From: Candidatus Kapaibacterium sp.
Lineage (GTDB): Bacteria; Bacteroidota; Ignavibacteria; Palsa-1295
Direction of reading: 5' to 3'
Assembly (NCBI GenBank): GCA_038229915.1
Contig: JBBRNY010000001.1
Coordinates: 33,693 to 97,692, forward strand
DNA: 64,000 bases
The notes under the pieces were generated by a model. That model did not search any database, had not been told where the DNA came from, and saw nothing but the letters and a program-made list of their open reading frames with translations. How positions within the stretch are numbered: the stretch's first letter is position 1; the number at the start of each line of letters is the position of its first letter. Below, in pieces: positions 57,240 to 64,000 of the stretch. The position numbers and the translations under genes are program-made.

Positions 57240-58580
57240 ATGAAACACGCAATGTTAGTAATACCCGAGCGATATTCCAGACCATTCCTTGATGCGGTTC
57301 GAACGACGTTTAGTTCTATCCGCCATCGCAACTACCGACTGTTCTTTTTTGGGCAATGTATCTCCCTTGTCGGAACATGGCTTCAAAACACCGCTCTTGC
57401 TTGGTTGGTCTATCAACTAACCCGTGATTCAAGAGCACTCGGGCTTATGAGCTTTCTCGGTGCTGTTCCTATTCTGTTATTTGGCATCTATGCCGGTACG
57501 GTTGCTGACGAGTATCCTAAGCGTACTATTCTCATCTGGACACAATCATTCGCCGGAATTTTTGCTATCGCTCTTGCAATATTCGTTGGCATAGGCTGGA
57601 CACAGATCTGGCTGCTTGGTTCGATCAACTTACTAACAGGTATTGTGATCGCTTTCGATCTCCCCACTCGGCAAGCATTTGTCGTCGAGATGGTAGGTCG
57701 TGAAGACCTCACGAATGCTGTTGCCCTAAACTCGGCTATTTTTAATGGGGCACGGTTGATCGGTCCGGCTCTCGGAGCAATAATTATTTCGGCAGTCTCT
57801 ATCGAGATCTGCTTCTTGCTCAATGGAATTTCTTTCCTTGCGGTCATTCTCGGTTTATGGATGATGCGCTTGCCGAAACATGAGCAACGTGAAAAAAAGG
57901 TCAGAGAGATCTCGAGAGTAAAAGCGATGCGCGAGGGACTGGACTATCTCTATCAAATTCCAAATTATCGAGCATTAATGGTTTTGGTGGTGACCATGAC
58001 ACTGTTTGCTTGGAGCTACACGGTGCATCTACCGGTGATAGCGGTCGAAGTATTACACGGAAGTTCTTCGACCTATGGTGCACTGCTCTCGGCTAATGGC
58101 GTTGGAGCTTTACTTGCGGCACTGACACAAGCGGCGTTCGGACCACGGTTGCGAGCTCGTTACGTTATCTACTTTTCGATCTTGGTGTTTGTCATCTCGA
58201 TCTCCTTGATACCACTCTTCAGTACGATCGTCCCCGTAATGATCTTGCTCGGAATGACCGGATGGAGTATCATCACTTTTTTTATCACCGCCAACTCAAC
58301 GATCCAACGTTTCGTACCCGATGAACTCCGCGGCCGAGTGATGGGTATCTATTCGCTTTCTTTTGCAGGATTGTTTCCCTTCGGTAGTCTGCTGGCGGGC
58401 TTCTTAGCACATACTTATAGTATAGGTGTATCAATGTGGGTTGATGCGGCAGTATTGTTTATTGTGGCAAGTCTCACCTTTAACTTTGTCAGAAAGCTTC
58501 CGAGCCTTACACAAATATCCGAACAAACAGGCTCGAGGACCATCTCTCTCGACATTATGAAGCAAGCCATCATAGTCTAA
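57240..58580 (+). CDS. MFS transporter
   Basis: Twelve TM segments and the MFS motif region GIYAGTVADEYPKRTIL. Confidence 0.8.
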   Translation: MKHAMLVIPERYSRPFLDAVRTTFSSIRHRNYRLFFFGQCISLVGTWLQNTALAWLVYQLTRDSRALGLMSFLGAVPILLFGIYAGTVADEYPKRTILIWTQSFAGIFAIALAIFVGIGWTQIWLLGSINLLTGIVIAFDLPTRQAFVVEMVGREDLTNAVALNSAIFNGARLIGPALGAIIISAVSIEICFLLNGISFLAVILGLWMMRLPKHEQREKKVREISRVKAMREGLDYLYQIPNYRALMVLVVTMTLFAWSYTVHLPVIAVEVLHGSSSTYGALLSANGVGALLAALTQAAFGPRLRARYVIYFSILVFVISISLIPLFSTIVPVMILLGMTGWSIITFFITANSTIQRFVPDELRGRVMGIYSLSFAGLFPFGSLLAGFLAHTYSIGVSMWVDAAVLFIVASLTFNFVRKLPSLTQISEQTGSRTISLDIMKQAIIV

Positions 58581-58641
58581 GACGGAACTTCTTCTATTCA
58601 AATATCAGTAGTATAAACGATCAAATAATTTATTTTATTCT

Positions 58642-59001
58642 ATGCGTACTCTGCTATTACTTTTAGGTGCTGTGACAATGTTTGGTTGTCTTGGTTGTAA
58701 CGAGAACAGCACTCAGGTGATCATTAATAGAATGGTCATCAGTCCGAAAGTATTGACCTATCAATCGGGAGAATCAACGAAAACACTTTCGATCACCCAT
58801 ACTTGCACTTGCCCATTCAATTGGACCGTAGCGGTACTCCCTCCGAATGGTGTGCTCAAAGATACAACCGGAACTTGGGATAATCCCTCAGTCCCTATTG
58901 AAATCGATCGCTCCAAATTGACGGTCGATACACTTCAAACTATGCTCCGTATTTCCAGTACTTTTGGTATCGATACCATCAGAGTCACCATCATAAAATG
59001 A
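58642..59001 (+). CDS. small hypothetical lipoprotein
   Basis: Signal peptide LLLLLGAVTMFGC. 119 aa, beta-rich. Confidence 0.5.
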   Translation: MRTLLLLLGAVTMFGCLGCNENSTQVIINRMVISPKVLTYQSGESTKTLSITHTCTCPFNWTVAVLPPNGVLKDTTGTWDNPSVPIEIDRSKLTVDTLQTMLRISSTFGIDTIRVTIIK

Positions 59002-59023
59002 TCGGCGAGTATATCATGCTTTA

Positions 59024-59058
59024 AAAAGAAAAAGGCTCCGATCACTCGGGGCCTTTTT
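59024..59058. terminator. bidirectional rho-independent terminator
   Basis: AAAAAGAAAAA, GGCTCCGA, TCAC, TCGGGGCC (one G-U pair), TTTTT. Confidence 0.8.
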
Positions 59059-59080
59059 ACAAAAACAAATTGAAAGAAAA

Positions 59081-59314
59081 TTATTTCTTCTTCATTTCGT
59101 CTTTTTTCATCTCGTCCTTCTTCATCTCGTCCTTTTTGGTCGAGTCAACAACTGTAGTAGTGGTAGTTGTTGTTGTAGTAGCTGCAGGGGCCGGAACCGG
59201 AGCAACCATTACAGAATCAGCGGGTTTGACTTCTTCAGCCTTTTTTCCGCAAGAAATAACGCCGACAGACATAGCTGTCAAAGCACAAAGCACAAAGATA
59301 TTACGAAGCCTCAT
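59081..59314 (-). CDS. small repeat-containing lipoprotein (poly-Thr plus (KKDEM)3)
   Basis: MRLRNIFVLCALTAMSVGVISC lipobox. Thr run TTTTTTTTT, then KKDEMKKDEMKKDEMKKK at the C-terminus. Confidence 0.6.
   Translation of the reverse strand: MRLRNIFVLCALTAMSVGVISCGKKAEEVKPADSVMVAPVPAPAATTTTTTTTTVVDSTKKDEMKKDEMKKDEMKKK
59084..59182. repeat. tandem 15-bp repeats plus an (ACN)n tract encoding KKDEM x3 and poly-Thr
   Basis: cttcttcatttcgtc / ttttttcatctcgtc / cttcttcatctcgtc / ctttttggtcgagtc, followed by gtagtagtggtagttgttgttgtagtagc. Confidence 0.75.
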
Positions 59315-59565
59315 TGTAATTACCTCTATCATTTATTAGTGAAAAAAACAAGCAGTACACACCAATCCCTATTTTTGACGATAGAAAGGTGGCTGTGCAG
59401 CACTTTCTGATTAAAAAACACTCAGTATGCAAATATACGGAATTTGCCGAACTAAGACAAAAAAACCAGAAAAAGCGTTTCATCTTTATTTGTCGTATTT
59501 TCCTTTGTCGTTGCTACAACTGATATCTGAACCCGAAATAGCTTCCAAAACGTTGAGTGTCGTCT

Positions 59566-61011
59566 ATGGCATTATCTATTTATAACACGCTCAGTCGAAG
59601 CAAAGAGACTTTTCAGCCGATCGAACCCCATAAGATTGGGATGTATGTCTGCGGACCGACCGTCTATTCCGACACCCACATTGGGCATGCCAAAAGCTAT
59701 ATTAGCTTCGATATCGTTCGTCGCTACCTTTGCTTTCTCGGCTATAAGGTGACCTATGTCTTGAATATCACCGATGTCGGGCACTTGACCGATGACGCTG
59801 ATGAAGGTGAAGACAAACTCGTAAAAAAAGGGCTTGAGACGAAGCAGCACCCAATGCAGATAGCCGAGACCTATACTCGGAGCTTCTTCGAAGAAATGGC
59901 GAAACTCAATGTCCTACCACCCGATATTGCTCCACGGGCTTCGGGTCATATCATTGAACAGATAGAAATTATCAAAGACTTGATCGCCAAAGGTTTTGCC
60001 TACGAAGCAGGCGGCAATGTCTATTTCGAAGTCGCAAAAGACGCTGAGTACGGAAAACTATCAGGTCGTAAAGTTGACGACCAAGAGGCATCGGGCAGAG
60101 TCGAGACAAGAAGCGATAAACGAAATCCTCAAGATTTTGCACTCTGGAAAAAAGCCGAAAAAGGACATATTATGCATTGGGCTTCGCCATGGGGCGATGG
60201 GTTTCCCGGCTGGCATATCGAGTGTTCGGCAATGAGTATGAAATATCTCGGCGAGACATTTGATATTCATGGCGGAGGGATCGAGAACCAATTTCCGCAT
60301 CATGAGTGCGAGATAGCCCAAAGCGAATCTTCGACCGGCAGGCAATTTGTGCGATATTGGATGCACAATAATATGGTGATGGTCGATGGGAAAAAGATGG
60401 GGAAATCATTGGGCAATTCGAGCTATCTGAAAGATCTCTTTCTACAGTTCGACCCGATGACACTCCGCTTCTTTCTCTTGCAGTCACACTATCGTAGTAC
60501 AACCGAGTTCAAGACCGAGGCGATCATTGCAGCTGATACCGGTTACAAAAAATTGCTGGCTACATTTGATAAACTTCGCGATAATGTTGGTGTCGTTGAG
60601 ATCGGTATGCTCACAACCGAAGAGCTTGCTCATCCGATCGTTCAACAATTTATAGAAGATATGAACGATGACTTCAATACATCCAAAGGCATTGCTCAAC
60701 TCTTCGACCTATCGAGAATAACCAACGAAGCACTTTCATCAGAAGGTGATCCGAAGTTATTAAAATCATTGTTTCACATCTGGAATGTTCTTGGAGGTGA
60801 GATCCTCGGTATTATCCCAAAGGAGCACACGGGGAATGTCCAGAACGGGGACGTCCTTGATAATGTGATCGAAACGATCATTGGTTGGCGCAAAGAAGCG
60901 CGAACGAACAAAGATTATAAAATGAGCGATGCCATCCGAAACGACCTCGAATCAGCAGGAGTCTTGCTCGAAGATGCAAAAGACGGAACGACCAGCTGGA
61001 GTGTAAAATAA
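59566..61011 (+). CDS. cysS: cysteine--tRNA ligase
   Basis: HIGH motif ([14 protein letters not shown]), KMSKS region (KMGKSLGN), Cys/His zinc site CGPT. Confidence 0.95.
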   Translation: MALSIYNTLSRSKETFQPIEPHKIGMYVCGPTVYSDTHIGHAKSYISFDIVRRYLCFLGYKVTYVLNITDVGHLTDDADEGEDKLVKKGLETKQHPMQIAETYTRSFFEEMAKLNVLPPDIAPRASGHIIEQIEIIKDLIAKGFAYEAGGNVYFEVAKDAEYGKLSGRKVDDQEASGRVETRSDKRNPQDFALWKKAEKGHIMHWASPWGDGFPGWHIECSAMSMKYLGETFDIHGGGIENQFPHHECEIAQSESSTGRQFVRYWMHNNMVMVDGKKMGKSLGNSSYLKDLFLQFDPMTLRFFLLQSHYRSTTEFKTEAIIAADTGYKKLLATFDKLRDNVGVVEIGMLTTEELAHPIVQQFIEDMNDDFNTSKGIAQLFDLSRITNEALSSEGDPKLLKSLFHIWNVLGGEILGIIPKEHTGNVQNGDVLDNVIETIIGWRKEARTNKDYKMSDAIRNDLESAGVLLEDAKDGTTSWSVK

Positions 61012-61014
61012 TTT

Positions 61015-61647
61015 ATGTTTGCTTTTACGCTTCTGTGTTTCGTCTCTCTTTTTACGATGGTCAACCCCATCAGTATTATCCCTGTCTTCAATTCGATGAC
61101 GGCTTCACTAACTCCGAAAGAAGTTCGGAGGGTCGCATTGCGAGCATCGATCACAGCACTGATCACCCTCATCTTCTTTGCACTTACCGGGCAGTTTGTT
61201 TTTAAGTTTTTTCAGATCTCTATCCATAGTTTTCGTTTGGTCGGTGGGGTGATATTCTTTATTATGGGCTATGAGATGCTTCAGGCACGTCTGACAAGAA
61301 CCAACTACGACGAACAGACGACCAGGAAGCAATATATGCAGGATATTGCTATTACTCCGCTCGGCATTCCCATGATCTGTGGTCCGGGGGCTATCACCAC
61401 GATCATCGTCTTAATGAACCAAGGAGATACTTTAGTCGAACAGTCGATCGTGATCGGGGTCACATTTTTGATCGTATCGATCGTCTATGTCGCACTCATT
61501 AGCGGAAACAAGATATTAAAACTCGTCGGCGACAGTGGTAATAAAGTAGTGCTCCGGCTAATGGGTCTCATCGAAATGGTCATAGCCGTAGAGTGGTTTT
61601 TTGCGGGTTTGAAGCCTATTCTCCGTGATATATTCAAGATCCATTAG
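61015..61647 (+). CDS. MarC family (UPF0056) membrane protein
   Basis: VNPISIIPVFNSMT and ITPLGIPMICGPGAITT motifs. 210 aa. Confidence 0.85.
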   Translation: MFAFTLLCFVSLFTMVNPISIIPVFNSMTASLTPKEVRRVALRASITALITLIFFALTGQFVFKFFQISIHSFRLVGGVIFFIMGYEMLQARLTRTNYDEQTTRKQYMQDIAITPLGIPMICGPGAITTIIVLMNQGDTLVEQSIVIGVTFLIVSIVYVALISGNKILKLVGDSGNKVVLRLMGLIEMVIAVEWFFAGLKPILRDIFKIH

Positions 61648-61825
61648 AGCTTCGGACAATATTCCATTACTAATTATTCACGCTTGTAACCGTTGCCCAA
61701 TGCTCCCGTAAGGGTATGGGTATGGAAAAAAATGAAACTTTTGCCATACAAATTCACTTTACAAGCGTCAATTTTCGATAGGATAATACTATCAATTAAT
61801 GCAACTTTAGGAGGAAAAACCTACA

Positions 61826-62350
61826 ATGCTATCCGTTAAACGTTTATTTTTCTTTGCAGTCGTAATTGCTGCTTTACTTTCAACCGGCTCGATCAAGACC
61901 TACGCACAGAAGATCGGTGTCGTAAATGGTAATGATGTTCTTGGCACCTTTGATGATGCGAAGAAGGCTGATGAAAAGATCAAAGCAATGAGTCTGCTTT
62001 ACACAGACACCTTGACGATGATGAACAAAGCCGCTCAGGAAAAAGCTGAGGGTTACAAGAAAATTCTTTCGACGATGTCTGAAGATGCTAAGCAAAAAGC
62101 TCAGGCTGAGCTTGACGTCTTAGGTCGGAACATTCAAGAGTACCAGAATTCAAGATTCAATCAACAAGATGGTATGGTTCTCAAGGCAAGAAACGAAATG
62201 GTAAAGCCAATTCTTGAAAAGATCCAGGCCGCGGTTGCTACAGTCGCCAAGAAGAAGAAGCTTGATGTGATCCTTGATAGAGGCAATGTCGTGTATGTGA
62301 ACAGTGATGTTACTGACATTACCGAAGACGTAAAGAAAGCGTTGAAATAA
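61826..62350 (+). CDS. skp: OmpH/Skp-family periplasmic chaperone
   Basis: AGGAGG ribosome-binding site. Signal peptide. Coiled-coil body with KIGVVNGNDVLGTFDDAKKA and ...KKKLDVILDRGNVVYVN as the OmpH ends. Confidence 0.85.
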   Translation: MLSVKRLFFFAVVIAALLSTGSIKTYAQKIGVVNGNDVLGTFDDAKKADEKIKAMSLLYTDTLTMMNKAAQEKAEGYKKILSTMSEDAKQKAQAELDVLGRNIQEYQNSRFNQQDGMVLKARNEMVKPILEKIQAAVATVAKKKKLDVILDRGNVVYVNSDVTDITEDVKKALK

Positions 62351-62391
62351 GGGTACACCGTTCTTCCCTATTTTACGGGCATTTTTTTAAG

Positions 62392-62430
62392 ACGCGTTTG
62401 CTTCTACTATGGGAGCAAACGCGTTTTCAT
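62392..62430 (+). terminator. hairpin terminator between the two skp paralogues
   Basis: ACGCGTTTGC, 13-nt loop, GCAAACGCGT, TTTCATTTT. Confidence 0.6.
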
Positions 62431-62460
62431 TTTCTCCTTAGTCGTTAATTTTTTATCGTT

Positions 62461-63153
62461 ATGAATCTTCGTCGCTATATTAGCCGCCTGAGTGTATTAG
62501 TATTGTTGTTGATCATTCAACAGGATGTGTCGGCGCAAAGCCGTATTGCATACGTTGATGCAATGAAGCTCTTGAAGCAATTACCCGAAGCAATGGATGC
62601 TGAGTCACATCTGAACCAGTTTGTTTCGCAATGGAACAAAGAGGTTGCTGATCTGGAGACCGAACTCAATCGCAAACGAGTAGATTATGATCGTAAAAAA
62701 TTAATTATGAGCGATGCCGAACGTTCGGCTGCCGAACTTGATATTTCGGAATTGAGAAAACGTATTGACCAATATCGTCAAACGAAATATGGACCCAGTG
62801 GCGAACTTGCCACTCAACAAGAAGGTCTTATGAAATCGGCATACGACAAACTATTGAAAGCTATTGAAGATGTCGCTCTCGAATCAAAGTACGATTATGT
62901 CTTTGACAAAAGCTCAAAGGAGATCGCTTTGCTTTATACCAATGCAAAATTTGATCTGACAAATGCCGTCGCAAAAAAACTTGGTCTTGAAACCAATGAT
63001 ATTTTCAGCATTCCGTTGATCAATAACACCAAGCCGCAACAACAGCCAAATATGCCTCCACCAGATCAACGAGGTCAACCACAGCCGCCGCCCCAGACCG
63101 ACCCGTCAAGGAGACCACCGATCCCACTTGATCCCCAAGCACAACCGCACTAA
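62461..63153 (+). CDS. second OmpH/Skp-family chaperone with Pro/Gln-rich C-terminal tail
   Basis: Signal peptide. [16 protein letters not shown]...[16 protein letters not shown] OmpH pattern. C-terminus [39 protein letters not shown]. Confidence 0.8.
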   Translation: MNLRRYISRLSVLVLLLIIQQDVSAQSRIAYVDAMKLLKQLPEAMDAESHLNQFVSQWNKEVADLETELNRKRVDYDRKKLIMSDAERSAAELDISELRKRIDQYRQTKYGPSGELATQQEGLMKSAYDKLLKAIEDVALESKYDYVFDKSSKEIALLYTNAKFDLTNAVAKKLGLETNDIFSIPLINNTKPQQQPNMPPPDQRGQPQPPPQTDPSRRPPIPLDPQAQPH

Positions 63154-63164
63154 AACGTATCGTT

Positions 63165-64000
63165 ATGCAACTTCTTGAGCTTGCAAAAAAGATCGGCATC
63201 GAACGCATCGACGGTAATGCTGAAGCCATAGAGATCACTTCGGTTGGTACGATCACTGATGCTGGTGAACAGAGCATCAGTTTTATTGCAAATCCGACTT
63301 ACGAACATTTTATTACCGAAACAAGCGCTCGCGCAGTTATTGTTGGATTAGGGTTTGAGGTACCTGAAAAAATCGGAGCAATACCGATCTTACTCCGAAG
63401 CGAAGACCCATACATCGCCTTTGCAAAAGCATCAGCAATATTAAATCCGAGAACACCTGTATTTTCCGAGCGGCTTGCCCGAACTGCTGTGATCGATCCC
63501 GACGCAGTCATCGCTATGACTGCCATCATCGGTGCACATACATTTATTGCACATAATGTAATCATTGGTGAAGGAACGGTCGTCCATCCGAACTGTACTA
63601 TATATGATGGAGTAGTCATCGGGGCAAATGTCGTAATAGGTGCAGGGACGGTGATCGGGTATGACGGCTTCGGCTTTGCTAAAAGCGCTGACGGGAGTTA
63701 TCTGAAAGTACCCCAAACAGGCGGAGTCATCATCGAAGATGACGTCGAAATTGGCGCGAACTGTACTATCGATAGAGCCGCGATCAGCAATACCATTATC
63801 CGTCGAGGCGTGAAGCTCGATAATCTTGTACATATTGCTCATAATGTCGAGATCGGCGAGGATACCGTGATCGCCGCACAAACAGGCATCTCCGGCTCAG
63901 CAAAGAACGGAAAAGATAATCAGATCGCCGGGCAGGTTGGGATGATCGGCCATATCTATACAGCCGATGGGGTCACGATCATTGCTCAGTCGGGTGTATC
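63165..64000 (+). CDS. lpxD: UDP-3-O-acylglucosamine N-acyltransferase, 5' partial (runs off the window end)
   Basis: ATG at 63165 with an open frame to the window end. Left-handed beta-helix hexapeptide repeats ([32 protein letters not shown]) and GFGF; skp-skp-lpxD synteny. Confidence 0.85.
   Translation, partial: MQLLELAKKIGIERIDGNAEAIEITSVGTITDAGEQSISFIANPTYEHFITETSARAVIVGLGFEVPEKIGAIPILLRSEDPYIAFAKASAILNPRTPVFSERLARTAVIDPDAVIAMTAIIGAHTFIAHNVIIGEGTVVHPNCTIYDGVVIGANVVIGAGTVIGYDGFGFAKSADGSYLKVPQTGGVIIEDDVEIGANCTIDRAAISNTIIRRGVKLDNLVHIAHNVEIGEDTVIAAQTGISGSAKNGKDNQIAGQVGMIGHIYTADGVTIIAQSGV

Noticed and set aside
59084-59182. Tandem short repeats considered as a possible CRISPR or mini-satellite
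   Set aside because: The units are 15 bp with no spacers and lie in-frame inside a lipoprotein gene. This is a coding simple-sequence repeat, not CRISPR. I found no CRISPR array, cas gene, tRNA or rRNA anywhere in the window.

Overview
This 64 kb window reads as a chromosomal region from a Gram-negative bacterium of the Fibrobacteres-Chlorobi-Bacteroidetes (FCB) group. Two proteins end in T9SS type-A C-terminal sorting domains, and AGGAGG/GGAGGA ribosome-binding sites are present. Most of the window is housekeeping: the 3' end of the dcw cell-division cluster, a tRNA-modification and membrane-insertase block, an envelope-biogenesis block, and a complete phosphate-uptake locus. I found no CRISPR array, rRNA, tRNA, transposase or integrase. 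Between these sit several short accessory stretches that I think deserve follow-up: an uncharacterised ORF in the place ddl normally occupies in the dcw cluster; an ECF sigma / anti-sigma pair whose anti-sigma ends in an outer-membrane beta-barrel-like domain, followed by two secreted or lipoproteins; a 174-aa minimal kinase-like protein; a tight three-gene unit of a fused E1 alpha/beta enzyme, an NADP oxidoreductase and a beta-carbonic anhydrase; a Sec-exported sulfite-oxidase-fold protein with a cytochrome b561 partner and a hypothetical protein; orphan coxIII-coxIV genes with a possible trailing micro-ORF; a lipoprotein with two cytochrome-c-like domains; a HigB/HigA-like toxin-antitoxin pair; and a large insertion in a PstC periplasmic loop. 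All calls come from reading the translations and the DNA. No database search was run.
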